Assembly: GCA_002269645.1 (NCBI GenBank) | Contig: NIVC01000506.1 | Coordinates: 499,950 to 563,949 of the forward strand | Direction of reading: 5' to 3' | Source: Macrostomum lignano | Taxonomy: Eukaryota | DNA: 64,000 nt | Part shown: one piece after another, positions 43,401 to 56,041 of the stretch | Position numbering within the stretch: the stretch's first letter is position 1 | Layout: every line of letters begins with the position of its first letter | The notes under the pieces: model-generated | Database searches by the model: none | What the model was told of the DNA's origin: nothing | Seen by the model: only the letters and a program-made list of their open reading frames with translations | Made by a program: the position numbers and the translations under genes

Positions 43401-45321
43401 ACCTCAGCGGACGCGTCTCCGTTTTCAACTTGGCGACGGCTCTCCTTGCCGGCGCTTGGCGATCCGCCAGACTCGCCCAGCGGCCCGCCTGCTGAGGCCC
43501 AGCGCCGCCACAGCCGGTCCTCCCCCTCAGTCGGAGCCTCCACCAAGATCAAAGGCGCCGCCGCCGCAGTTGCCACTGGCTTCTCAATTTCGTCCAGATC
43601 GATGGAAATTCCCGCCCGCTTTGGCTCCTTCAGCAGCCAGCAGGACAGCAGCAGGATGGCCCCGGCGATGGCGGACAGAGCGATGGATGGTACCAGGTAG
43701 GGGAAGGTGGGCACGGCCCTGTACTTGGCCAGGAAGCCGCCCAGCATCGGGCCGATGAGGGAGCCGAGGCCCCAGCTGAGCGACAGGCTGGCGATGCCGT
43801 AGCTCTGGTTGCTGGTGTCGCTGATGTCGTAGATCTGCGCCTTGCCGACGATCACCACACCGTTGACGAGGCCCGTGACGAGTCCGACGGCCGAGGCGAA
43901 TCCGAAAGAACGGGAGAAGCCGAAGGCCAGCGTGCACAGCGACACAAGCAGCAGGGAGGTGAGCAGGGTGGGCCGGCGGCCGAACCGGTCAGACAGGTAG
44001 CCCCAAGCGTACCTGAGCGGTTGGGGTTGGGGATTCGTGCGGGTTATGCGGACTGTTGACTGTGCTGTGTTCTAGGCTTTTTACTCTTTCAGAGGTTCCA
44101 GAATCGAGTCCTCGAGTATTGAGCAAGGAAAGCGAATTTGCTTTTGTGGCCTCTGACACTGCAGCAGATATCTTAGATGCATTAATGCCATATTCATGAC
44201 AGCATGCTCGGAATGAGAATGACACGTGGACAGTCTTTGATTGCAAGGGAACGCAACTCGAACCGTATTTTATTCCGGTTTTTACAGTTTATGAGGCTCA
44301 ATGAAGGATTGGTTGCTCAGGAAGCAGTAGCGCCCATTTGAAGGACTAGGATCATAGGTGGTGTACACAAAGCGAACTGTAAGGTACACTGAGAAGTACC
44401 ATCGATCTACAGCAAACAGCATTCGGAACTGGCTGAAATCGCAATTGTAAGAATGGGTGAATGCCACAGACAAGAGGCTTATTTCTTTTTTCGATTGACT
44501 TGAAAAGTTGTAAAAAGTTCTTGGCGTCACTGTAGTAGCCAGTAAATGGTTTAAATGTAAATGCGACCCTGAGCCGCTCACTCCACGACAGACCGGTGGC
44601 CAAAGTGGCGCGAATAAAAAAACAAAATATCAGAATCGCAGCATTCTGATGATTCATGTTGCATTTCACTGCTGCAAACTGTGCGCGCCCACGAGAATAC
44701 AGCGGCCGGGGGTTTTCTGTATCAAGCTGCGGACTTAGATAGGCATCGCAAGATTAATCTGCGCCAGGCGTGCCGCCAGAAGAGAGAGAGAGTTCAGGTG
44801 AAAGTGACAAGGAGGCCGGGCAGTCCCGTGTTACGGTGCGGCGACTTACGATGAAATCAGGCGGCCCAGATGAAACGAGGCGGCCACAAAGCCCACGTAG
44901 AAGCCCGCGTCCGCCTCCTGGTAGCCAAAGCTCTGCAATTCGGGTGGCGCCAATTCAAACAAACTTGTCCTGCTGTTTCATTCGGTGTTATTCCAGAAAT
45001 TTCTTCTTTTCGAATTCTTACCACGACCATCTCCTTTAGAAAGGGCTGATAAAATGAGATGCAAGCGGCCGAGCCTGTCTGAAAATTGAAAACAACTGGC
45101 TTTGTGAGAGCATGACAGCAGCTCTGGGCGTCACTGCAGACTAGTTAATAAAGTCAATTTGAGATTGTTCAGGATTAGGAGAACAAATATTTTTTAAAAT
45201 TTACCATCAGGATAAACAAGACAAAGAGCTGTCCCCATGGTGGTGGCGTCACACCCTCTTGCACAATGGAAAACCTGCCCTCAGCATTAAAGCATGGGCA
45301 GTTCCGTCTGCTGTTAGTCAT
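40433..45321 (-). CDS. Major facilitator superfamily transporter (ZIFL/DHA1-like), 8 exons: 45321-45205, 45078-45022, 44932-44850, 44012-43403, 42804-42528, 41695-41496, 41389-41316, ~40823-40433 (~602 aa)
   Basis: TPPPWGQLFVL; FYQPFLKEMV; AGFYVGFVAASFHLGRLISS; motif A WGYLSDRFGRR; KAQIYDISD; WGLGSLIGPMLGGFLA; YYGGLGFS; GSMNGMSMAWSSLGRLLGP. GT-AG junctions with consistent phases (sum 1809 nt). The last acceptor is ambiguous because it lies in a repeat. Confidence 0.88.
40801..41280. repeat. 20-bp array (gacctggggagtagactggt)n containing the acceptor of the last MFS exon
   Basis: Minus-strand unit accagtctactccccag|gtc; about 20 copies, some 18-bp, degenerating distally. Confidence 0.93.
41780..42480. 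repeat. 29-31-bp minisatellite (gctgacaaggttatttcagaatcggaggga)n in MFS intron 5
   Basis: About 23 copies. Confidence 0.95.
42838..43320. repeat. 30/31-bp minisatellite (ggggccgatttctggcgctccatgggattt)n in MFS intron 4
   Basis: About 16 copies. Confidence 0.95.
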
Positions 45322-46809
45322 TGCTCATTTGAATGCTAACAGAAAATAAGCTGAAAGAATTCAAATTTGGTGCTATTAATCCCATAGTATAACAAAGCAT
45401 TTCATTACTGATAACAGTATTGAAATTTGTATTATATTATAATTTTAAGATTAATCAAAAATTAAATTGAAAGCCATGAACAATAAAAAAATAATTCAAA
45501 ACAAAAAACAAAAAACACTAATAACAAAACAAAATCCAGTCAAATTTACATAAAAGCTACCCAGTTTTGTTCCAGGCACTATGATAATTGAATGTGTTAT
45601 ATACAGAAAGCTAAAATGCCCTGCCTTGTCTCTACCTAAATGACATATATAACTAAGAGTATATAAAAGCTAGCAATAGCAAAAGCTATTTTATCTTCTA
45701 TGGCAATTCATTATAGCAAATACAACCTGAAATACAATAATATTTAAGATATTAATTTAAAAATGAGTGTGAATAAACAAAAAGCTATATAAAAAGTTGA
45801 ATATCAAATATTAATTCATATCACACACTTGTTTGTTAGCTACTTATATCACTATAATTTAATGAACCAAACCAGTTGAAAAGATATAAATCTATGTTTT
45901 AACAGTCTAAACAGTGAAACATCATTAAGATTACTATGCATTTGATACTATAGCTTTTTATTCATAGTACAAAATATAAAATAAAAAGTTTGATAGAATA
46001 TTAATTTATTATCAATGCTGCTACAGATTTACAGAAGCAAAATTAGAAAGAAATCTAAACTGACTAAAGGTATGGATATCGAAACGAACATTTAAGATGG
46101 AAGTATAAGTATTGGAGGTTGAATTTTATCGAACCTATGAAAAAATGGTTTAGCCATAATATGCAGAAGACGAATAGTATTAATTATAAAATCTTTGGAA
46201 AATACTCAAAATCGGCTTACCACACATTCTATTTAAAAGGTTGTGTTTATACTTGTCACGAAATCTGTTAAGGCTCAGAACGCACTGTCTCAATGCTTTT
46301 ATTAGATTTAACGTTAAACTATTGGTTGAACAAGATTAAAAATGTTTTACTTTATTATTTTTATGCAGCTCAAAATATTGTTGTTTTAACTTACTAAACA
46401 AATATTCAATGTAACTGTTTCAAAACTGATCCAAAGCGTATTAGTTAAAAACATTAATCGTTGTTAACCATTCACTACACAGCTATATTAAAATATAAGA
46501 GAGTAACATGTTGTGCGTTCTAAATAAAAAGAAATATAAACTGTATTTGATCTATGGTCTTCACTACCATAGATCAAATGCAGTCATTGATTTTGTGATG
46601 ATTTTTTCCTGTCTCCACAGTGTATTTTTCCAGGAAATCAACCTCTGAAAAATTTAAACCTATGAGTTTTACGTCCTGTTATATACAGTGGTCCTTGCTA
46701 TATATAATGTAACGTATGAATTACACAGAATACACAGAAGAGTTACATGTAGGCACCAATAAACAAACTAAAGTACTGAAGTCGAGCCAGGCGGACGGTG
46801 GAAAGAAAG

Positions 46810-49770
46810 AGCATGCAGTTCGCAACAGACGCAAAAAGCAACAACAACAAAAGGCATTGTCAGCCAGTCAAGCGTGGGACAATGTCACAAGGTGCGTTTC
46901 AGGCCTGGACAAGAACGTAGGCCGCACCGCCGGCAGTATCCGAAGCCCCGGCATCAGCCAGCAAACAGTCGATGTCGATGGAACGCCGAGTGCGCGCCTG
47001 CGCCCGCCAGTAGGGTGTCTGCAGCGTCAGCAGCAGTACCTTCTTCACCGACTGTGGACAGAACGACCCGGCTCGGATAATATGACCTGCAGCTGGAGTC
47101 GCCGACGGCGCAACAGTTCGCTGGGACGGAACAGGCCGGTGAGGCGATAGAGTGCCGCATTGGTGACTCGCTTGTAGCCGATCTTGAAGGCGGCGCGCAT
47201 CAGGCCAGCGTGTGCCGCATCGATCGACTTGCTGTTCTAGCAAAATCCGTCAGCGTCCAGGTCTCGACGTTGTACAAAAGGACTGTGTCGATCACCGCCT
47301 GGAACAACCGCTCTGGCGGTCAGGCAGGGCCTCGGACTGCAGGACAGCCCTTACGAAGCGAAAGGCAGCTCAGGAAAGTCCTCCGCGGCGACGTCGTAGA
47401 TCCTGGCGAACGTCAGGCACTAGACCGCCGAACTGCTGACAGCGCGGAAGCCTCGTCCCCTGTCCGTCAGCGTCTCGGCAGAAAATATAGCAGCCTCGAT
47501 GTCGTCCGGCACGCAGAGCACGACGGTCTTCTGCATGTTGACCACCAGGCCAACGCTCGCTGCAACACTTACCAGCCGGTCCAGCTGGCGTTGGGCGCCT
47601 TCGACGGTCGAAGACAGCAGGGCGAGATCGTCGGCTTAGCCAAGCACGCTGAGCCGCCTTTCCGGTTGGCGTCGACCCACGCGTCGCTGCAGCAGGAAGC
47701 CGTCGTCGTTAGAAGCGAGAGCAGACCGCAGCACCCAGTCAAGCACCAGAACGAACAGGAACGGTGCAAGCGTATCTCCCTGAAGCACCCCAGAGGGTGT
47801 CTTAAAGAAATTTGACAGGCCGTCCGGTGTTAGCACAGCTGCGTTCGTGCCATGATACAGCGCCATGACGGCGGAAATCAGCTGCTCTGGCACGTTATAC
47901 GCACGAAGCACCATTTGGCACGAAGCGCCACTCGGCCCTCACCACCGAGTCGTAAGCCTTCCTGAAGTCAATAAAGAGAGCAATCAGGCTCGACTGACGG
48001 GTCTGCGCTTCCTCGATGACTCGGCGAAGAGCCAGGATCTGCGCCACTGTGCCGCGATGGGGCCGGAACCCGTTCTGCTCAGGTTGCAAATGCGGATCCA
48101 GCACGGGCTGCAACCGGGATAGCAGCATCCGGTTGAACAGCTCAAGGACCACTGTATATAGCTTCGCAGCGCAGGACTGCAGGCAGATACCTAGGTGCTT
48201 TTCAAGCCGTGTGGTACCCGGCTTCTTCGGAATAGCGACGATGTGCGCCGCGTGTCCATTCGTTGGCTGCCGCATCACCGAAGAGCACGCGATTTATCAC
48301 ACTGGCGACCTCGCTGGCCACACAGTGGAGTCGCAGCGCCGCGTCCGGACCCAGCGCTTTGCCGCCCAGAGTCCTCAGGGCGAGCAATCACAACGTCGGC
48401 TGTGCTGGCTGGTGCTACATTGAAACTCTCCTCTGCCGGCAACGGCGCCCCCGCGGCAGCCTCAGATCGTTTGGCAGCGGGGGCGGCGGCGCGTTGACAA
48501 TGGCGGCGAAGAACTCGAGCAGCTCATTCTGCTCTCATCCGGAGTGTCACCAGCCAGGTTGAGCTGGATGCGCCGCTTCCGCTCGGTCAGAGAGTTGATG
48601 GCGGCGAAGGCCACGCGCCCTTTAGTGTCGAGTCCAGCGGCGGTGACGGCCTGGATGGCGTCGTCAACAGCGGCCTGTTGCCGCTGCAGGTAGACAGCCA
48701 CCAGAGCCTCCTCCGCTGCTCCTCCTCCGCAGGAGTTGGCTGTCTGCTCAGACGGAGCCGATCTCCAGCTTCCTCGCTTGCAGAATCCCAGGGTCGTACT
48801 GCCAGACCGGCTGCCTATGTTGGGCCGGTTGCATCAGCCGAACTGTTTGCTTCGCCGCGGCTCTAACCGCGGAACTTACCTCCGTGTACTCGGCGCGCCC
48901 GCACCTGTAGCCAAGCGCGCTGACGAAGGAGCTAGCGAAATGGTAAATATGCGTCTACTTGAGAGCACGTTTGTAGCGCCGCGGTGGGCGCTTCTGTGGA
49001 CGGTAAAGCGGACCGTGTACAAGCAGGTCGCAGACGAGGAGCCGATGGTCGGACCGCAGAGCCAGCGGCGTGATGGTGGGGCAGTTTACAGTACGGCGGC
49101 GCTTACGGAGACGCAAGCACGTGATCGAGCTGTGCCTGCCTCCGCCGGCCGTACCGGCCGCGCGCATTCCTCCGCCACCGCTTGCAGCTCACGAAGGTCG
49201 CGAGCCTGCCGGGTGGCTTGCGGAAGCAGGTGTTGGCCAAAAATCATATCCTGACTCTCTAAGAAGTCCTCCAGCGCTCCGGTGTTGCTGTTCTCGCGCG
49301 GTGTCACAAACAGCGACCGCTCGGATCTACACAAAACCGCGTTCAGGTCTCCGAGGACCACTGTGTCACGCTGCGCGTCTCCTCCACCTACGCCGAGAGC
49401 TGCTCGAAGAAGACTTGAGCCTCGTCAGGTCGGGTGGCAGGAGGCGCATACGCGCAGATCAGCCGAGCGTTCCAGAAGTCGATCCGAAGCAGTCGGTCAG
49501 ACAGGGAGATGCAGCGACAGCTCTGCTGCAGCCTCGTTCCAACCAGCGCTTTAACTCCTCCATGGCCTCGTTGGTCCGCCGAAGTGTACCAGAGAGTCCA
49601 ACTGGAGCCTAGGTCCTTACAATGAATTCCCGGGTCGGCCCTGATGGACGCCTCTTGCAGCGAGATGACATCGCATCTTAGATCGAGCGCTAGCTGCGCA
49701 TTCCTCTCACCCTTGCCTTGAGAGTGCGGCAGTTCAGCGTCCCGATGATGTGTTCCTTATTACCCGACTT
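46810..49770 (-). mobile_element. Near full-length degenerate RTE-like LINE (AP endonuclease plus RT)
   Basis: APE motifs IIGTLNCRTL (~49750), VLGDLNA, LRSDHRLL. RT: IPKKPG, EQNGFRPHR, IDFRKAYDSV, GVLQGDTLAPFLF. Multiple frameshifts; (GTT)n near 46840. Same family as 35712-36940. Confidence 0.9.
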
Positions 49771-50007
49771 GTGATAATCAAGGAGCACTCACTTCTAGCT
49801 CTGTAGCTAGGCAACCCAGTAATAAAATGAAGGGATCTCTTGAGTAGTCCTCGATCGTTGACTGTAGTTCTGGTACGGTTCTCAGTTGACCAATAGATCA
49901 ATTGGCCAGGCGCTTTGTCTCTTCAGTAGTCCTGGTCCAGGTTCTTCTTCTCGGAATTGTCGTCGGCCGGTATCTGTAGTTCGGACCAATAGGAAGCTTC
50001 CAATTAC

Positions 50008-50663
50008 AATGGGTACCCTGCGCCAAACTGCGGTCTTAATTAAGCCTCCTTCTTCTAGCAGTGCCTCTATGCACTCTAGGAATAGCTCCGGAAACCACTG
50101 ATAGTCTTCTAAGATCTATCAGGGGCAGTCCTTCTGGAGACTGCAACCAGTGGAGTCTAAACCGACTCAAGAGTCTCAACAGACTCAACTAAACTCAAGT
50201 CACACTAGACTTGAGCGAGACGTCTCTAACAACAACGGGCGCAAATAAGGAAGGCTTACCGCAACAATCGACCGAGTCTTGGTCCAGGAAGTCCGACTGT
50301 GGCTTCCTCTTCGGAGCTCTTCTCCTTCCGGAGGAATTGTTGGCTCTGGGTCCGTTCCGGACCACTTGTATTTATAGGCGTTCAGACCTCTCTCGAGGTC
50401 GTACATCACTGTCTTCGCAAATGTCAAAGGGTCACGATTCGGTGGCTGTCAAGCATGACAGGGTAGAAAGTTGCGCAACTAGTCTACTGTAAAAGCGCAT
50501 GATTGGTTACCGTAGCTGGTAGACTTTGATTGGTTCAACCGGTGCAACCCGAGTGCAAACCAAATGATGACTTGAAGGTGGGGTTTGAATTGACAGTTGT
50601 TGGTCGCACGTGATTGGGTGATTTCTAAAATTAGCATGCTCGAGATTTCTCTCTTTCTATTGG
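50008..50663 (-). promoter_or_regulatory. Pol II promoter-like / LTR-like module (4 CCAAT boxes, TATA box, splice donor, possible PBS)
   Basis: Minus-strand CCAAT at 50663, 50617, 50533, 50506; TATAAA at 50376-50371; donor g|GTAAGC at 50259; TGGCGCAG at 50025. Confidence 0.35.
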
Positions 50664-52901
50664 TTAATTCGAATATATGTATGGTTCAGCGCATATCCTT
50701 TATACATGCTCCTCAATTTACTACTATTTAAGTAGTACGTTAACAATTTTAAATAACTTTTCAGGGAGATATAATACTCTACACCGACCCGAAGCGTGCC
50801 CTGGCATACAACTGGGGCTCGATGACAATGAGCCTCACGGTCTCCGGCGCCACCCGGAAGATCTGATTAGCCAAGGATGGCAGTAGCTCGACGGGCGGAA
50901 CCTCATTGCCGACCTCGCCGGTTTTGCTCACGCCGACGTTCAACTCGCTTCCTCGCTCGCTTCCCTGCCCTCGCTTGGTTCTGCTGCTGTTGGCCGCCTC
51001 AGCAGTTAAGCGGCTCTCCAACTACACCACAGGGAGGTTGCGGAATTTATCTGCACCGCGGTGCAAATATAATAAGTCAAGAGAAACAGACGGCGCTCGT
51101 GTACCTCACCATAGCGCTCCAGAGCATATCACGAGGAAAGTCCGATAGGCCGTCACACAGCAGCTAATTTCGTGTCGCGGTTGACGTTGATCGCCATGAT
51201 GGAGAAAAAGCATGCATACTATATTTTGTACATACATCATGTCAGTATGTTTGTAGTTGGACAGCTTCTACATGTACATGTACATAGTTGATAACGGGCC
51301 CTGGGGTACCAAATTCAATAATAACAACACAGATTCCGAAAATATTTCCTTTCCGTTTCGTCTTCGTCCCCATACGTACATGTTCATGTAAAATTTAGGG
51401 CGACGCCTGACAGCTTATACAGTCGCATACGAGACTTGTACATGTGCATACAGGTACCCAACCAGGTGAAACTGTGGAAATTGCATGGCTCTTCGTTTGA
51501 ACAGGCAAACATGGCAAATGTCAACACAGGCATCTATTTTTATAGCCAAACACGTTTCGTGACACTACTTCTTCAGAGCACGTACCATATAATGCACCGC
51601 GAGTACATTTATATTTCAAAATGGCTCAAGAAAATGATTTACAAGCCCTAAAAGTGGAATCCGAAAGAAAGCACAGGGTGAACAAGAAAACATAATGAAC
51701 AGTACATGTACTACCACCTTGTCTATTAATACTTCGTAATAATATCAATTCTGCGTAATTCGCTCGTTTCCCTCAACTGTGCAAATACGTAAGCAGTCAA
51801 TGTAGCAAGCAACTTTGGCTAGTTGCTTGCGAGTGTTTTATGTAGTTAGCCAGAATTCAGCTCAAAAAAGGAGTCGAGTGTGGCTGTGCCTGTGTACAGT
51901 TGCGCCCCCCCCCAAGTCTGCGCCGCCACTGCCTGTGTATTTATTGTCTGACTGAACCGGTTTTCTGTTCCATCAGAGTGCACACGGTGATATGCTCGAG
52001 TCAGGGAATCGGGTAGACTGCAGAGTCACTGCAGGTGCAAACTGCCTCTCTCTGGGCGAGCCCATTGTTGCAGCGTGGATGTTCAATAAAACCGAAGTGA
52101 GACGAGAGCCCATTGTTGCACCCAAGCGCGTGTATGCGCTGAGCACTCCGAAAAAAATTTCTTTTATTCGCAGCCAGACTTCCTGCGCAGTCTGCGTCTC
52201 TGTGTGCAAAGCACTATTGTAATGGTAAACCTAAATAATAAAAAACCATAAAAACCAGACTTTACTAATATAATGCAGTTTTTTGACTCACTACTGCATT
52301 ATTTACATGACCATGTTAAATTTAGGTAAATGGCGCGTTTAGCAGTGATTTCAAAGGATCTAAACTCGAAAAGCCCCTCTTTTAGTTCGACTTTCAAGCG
52401 ACACAGAAAGTTCACCCAATGCCATCGGCATGATCCTCGCTAAGGGCCTCAGCACAATACCAGCATAGAGCAGCTGCTCGAGTCAAATATTGTTTAAATC
52501 AATTATAAAATAGGGATGAACAGTCTGAATAGTATTTTGATAAATATGAGCCGTTAAATAAAGAGGGGTTATGCTGTTGTGAGCTGAGTATAAAATAGCT
52601 CGTATTAAGCTGGTGAACGCACTTTTCGTATAATTTAAAAATCATATCCTAAGTTTTCGTATGCCATGATGCGATTAATTTTTGCGCTGCGATTGAAGCG
52701 ACTTTCGTTTTCCAATATTCGCAAGTTTAATTTTACAATCGCCAAGAAGAGGACATGAATAAGTCAAAGTCGTAAATTTGCACAAAGGGCTATTGACCCT
52801 TTGATCTTTCTATTGACGTGAAAATTCGAATCAACCATTTTAACGGCAAAGAATTAAATGGTTTAAAAATCTAGCGATGCAAAGTATATCAGCACGGAGT
52901 C

Positions 52902-54098
52902 TCAAAAATTTTCCGAGCTGACATTCAGCCGCATCTGCGGGTCGATGTACACCTCGTCCAGCTGCCTGGAGAGCGTGTTGTGCTCGCAAATCCACTCGCC
53001 AGGACTGCGTCGATAGCGCAGCCTGCGGGGCGCCAGAGCCGACATCCGGTAGAACGACACGGCCTGGAAGCAGCTCCCCACCTTCACCGGCGGCAGGCTG
53101 CGCGGCGCGAACCGAACCGACTTCTCGTAGTCGACCACCGGGTACTTTTTGTCCTCGCCGAAGTGCTTGTTCGAGTAGAAGCTCAGCGTGCACGGGTCGT
53201 ACAGGTGGGTGTTGAAGGTGGAATGCGCGCACAGCTGCTGCAGCTTAGGCTTGGCCGCAAAGTAGTAAAGTCCCTGGGTGATGCTGTCCAGATCCCACTC
53301 TTTCCAGCTGATGTCCGGATCCATTATCAACAGAAACGTTGCTCGATCGGCCAGGTGATCGTAGATGTAGTCCATGTACATGTTGCGCAGGGCGGACATC
53401 ATCAAGCCGCGCTCGACCTCCTCCGGGAAGCTGCGGTAGTGATACGGACCGGGCCGGTGCTCGCGCTTGGTGCTGTATCGGTAGTTGGTCTTGCACGGCA
53501 GCGGGGAGTTGATCCGGCCGCAGCCCAGCAGCCACATGTTGGGATCAGTCAACGTCATGTTGTACAAGAAGCTGCGGGTCAAGTCTGTCGATTCGTTTTC
53601 CACCATCACCACCCAGGACTCACTGAACAGAGCTCTGAGGCGCTGAACGTAATGCATGGTGCTCGGTAGGCCGGCCATGCCGTTGCGCACCGTGGCTGCT
53701 ACCACCACCGACTGGCTGCGGATCCAAGCCCTGCCAGCTGCTGCTCGGTACGCCCAGTTCTCCTCGTCCTTGGAGAGCCGCATGAGCGGCAGCAGCACGC
53801 CCTGTCTGTCGAAGCGGTACATAGACTCATCCATGCTGCGGAACAATTCCTTGTAATTCTCATAAAATTCGTAGCGCTGCAGCGTTTTTGGCAGCCCGAT
53901 TTTAGCAGCTGAAGAACTTGAATAAATTGTATTTACATGTACATGTTGTCGGTTGTACAGACTAAACAGGGCGAAAGTGACCACAGCTCCGACGCACAAG
54001 CCACTCAGAAATGGGAGTTTGATTGACAGGAGGAAACATGTGCCTCCTCTGTCTCTTTGTGAGCAGATGAGACTTCTCCGATTGCAGAGAGCTCGCAT
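52902..54098 (-). CDS. Intronless type II membrane GT-A-fold glycosyltransferase-like protein (398 aa)
   Basis: N-terminal TM (LSGLCVGAVVTFALFSLY); VVVAATVRN; MVENESTDLT (ENDSxDxT-like); LRNMY; DxD motif IMDPD; VGSCFQAVSFY; CEHNTL. GC3-rich coding bias over the catalytic part. Confidence 0.8.
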   Translation of the reverse strand: MRALCNRRSLICSQRDRGGTCFLLSIKLPFLSGLCVGAVVTFALFSLYNRQHVHVNTIYSSSSAAKIGLPKTLQRYEFYENYKELFRSMDESMYRFDRQGVLLPLMRLSKDEENWAYRAAAGRAWIRSQSVVVAATVRNGMAGLPSTMHYVQRLRALFSESWVVMVENESTDLTRSFLYNMTLTDPNMWLLGCGRINSPLPCKTNYRYSTKREHRPGPYHYRSFPEEVERGLMMSALRNMYMDYIYDHLADRATFLLIMDPDISWKEWDLDSITQGLYYFAAKPKLQQLCAHSTFNTHLYDPCTLSFYSNKHFGEDKKYPVVDYEKSVRFAPRSLPPVKVGSCFQAVSFYRMSALAPRRLRYRRSPGEWICEHNTLSRQLDEVYIDPQMRLNVSSENF

Positions 54099-56041
54099 AG
54101 CTGACCGTCAAGCATCCGTTTTAGTGCTTGATGAGACGTGCCGGTATTTGTCGTTTGTATTTGTCAGTGATGAAGTATCGAATCAGAGACTTTCCGCTGT
54201 TTTTTTAGGAATCTTAACACCTTCTAGCAATATATAAAAATTTTTTCACCCTTTCGTAGGCGCAAAGGCGCAAAAATTATTTGAGATTGCTACCATAGTA
54301 AAACAAAGTAATCAACCTTTTTTTGTACTTCGTAGGTTGGAATTAACTTTTAATGTCTCTGAGTGTGTATTCCCATGATATGATGACAACGATTAAAATA
54401 ATTTAGGTGTACTCATAAATTATCTTTTCGTTCGTTTTCACTTGATTTTTAAACATTACGCAGTTCGGTTTTTTAATTAGACCTAGCCTTAACCTAGCCT
54501 AACCTCTTGCTAGGTCAAGTAAGGCAAGGGAGAGTTGGGACGGGATGGTTAGGGTTAGGCCCTAGCCCCTAGGCCATGGCTTAAGCTTAAGTAATGGATG
54601 CTGTATTGCTGAGATACTATCATTGTGTATATCAACCCATTTAGAATTCTAATTTCTAGGATGCTGAGCCTAAACCAAAAGGCCAAAGACAAGGCTTAAA
54701 CTCAAAAGGGGTGCTTAGGTGCTAGGCCCCTAATATCTATCTAGGCCCTAGGGCTTGGTCATGAATTCTCATTTTTCATTGGTCATGAAAATTTCGAATT
54801 TTGTGATTAGGAAGGCCTAGGCCTAATGTCTTAATAAAATCACTTTGTAATTTTTTATTTAATTTAAATTATTATGTTATATTATATTTTTTATATCACT
54901 GAGGTAGCACTTTTGTGTTTGACTATATATGACCTTGTGTGAGTGTATACCATAGTTTAGATTGTGTATTAGTATACACTGGGTTTAATGTTAGAAAGAA
55001 TTACAAGACCTTGTTTATTTGCTGGGTTTGTGCACTAATACAAAAAAATTATCATTTGACATAATATATCTACTGTGTGTCATATATGCTGGGATATACC
55101 CTAGTGTATGCTGAAAAATGGTAAGACCCTTGTTGTATACTCGGAAATCCTGGCATATATGTTGCCTTCCAAACTAGTATATGGCCAAAGGTAGTGCATG
55201 TAATAAAACTAATAAGTAGCATATAGTGTCCTAGTATTTGAATGATAATATCCTCTGCTATGTTTGCTTTGTTGTCTTGTAAATGATACCTTGGATTTCC
55301 TCATAATCTACCATATGTCTTTGAGTATAGCACTTATAGCCTACTTTATGTCTAAGCCTTCTCTTCTTGGTTAGGCATTCTATATGGCTCAAATATACTA
55401 GCAGAATAGGTCCCCATTTTGCACATCTTTCAATGGCTATATACATTGTATTGGATGCTTGATTGAGACAGCTAATGGTCTACCTCTGTTTTTTATATAG
55501 TCACAAAAGTGCATCTAGTGCATGTTCAATAGATTTGCTAGGGACATATTTGATTTGCATCTGAAATTGCTAAAGGTAAAGTTCTAAGTGTCTAGGCCCT
55601 AGTTGCTATGGAAGATTCTCCATATAAGCAGTCTTCTAAATAGAATATGATTTACTCAATAGAGTAGGTCTTTGTGCCAAGTATAAGAATTGCTCCAATG
55701 TTCTAAGTGTTATATATTGCTAGAAGTTCTAGATAGGTGATAGCATATGTAGCATCTTATAGCATCTTGTAGCTACTCATATTTACTAATAAAAGCTATG
55801 GGCCACTCATTACCATGTCATCTTTTTGTGACAGCATAGTGCCTATTCCCTATGTGGAAATGTTGCTAGTTACTATGAACTATTTGCTAAAATCTAAGAC
55901 TAGTTGCATAGTTTCTGATGATATAGCAAATTAATTAGATGTAACATGATAATCATGTTGCTTGCTTGATATGATGACTAAACTCTACACTGACCTTGAT
56001 CTAGCACTTTTTCTTTTTACATGTAGCAGTATGGTGTTGTC

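Noticed and set aside
42530-43758. Long plus-strand Gly/Trp-rich ORFs
   Set aside because: Antisense of MFS exons plus a 30-bp minisatellite.
44282-44581. ORF with a DRW motif suggesting a GPCR TM3 fragment
   Set aside because: Lies inside MFS intron 3; no other GPCR motifs; most likely chance.
50765-50866. Possible terminal exon GDIILYTDPKRALAYNWGS...
   Set aside because: The acceptor looks plausible, but there is no upstream partner exon or recognisable family.
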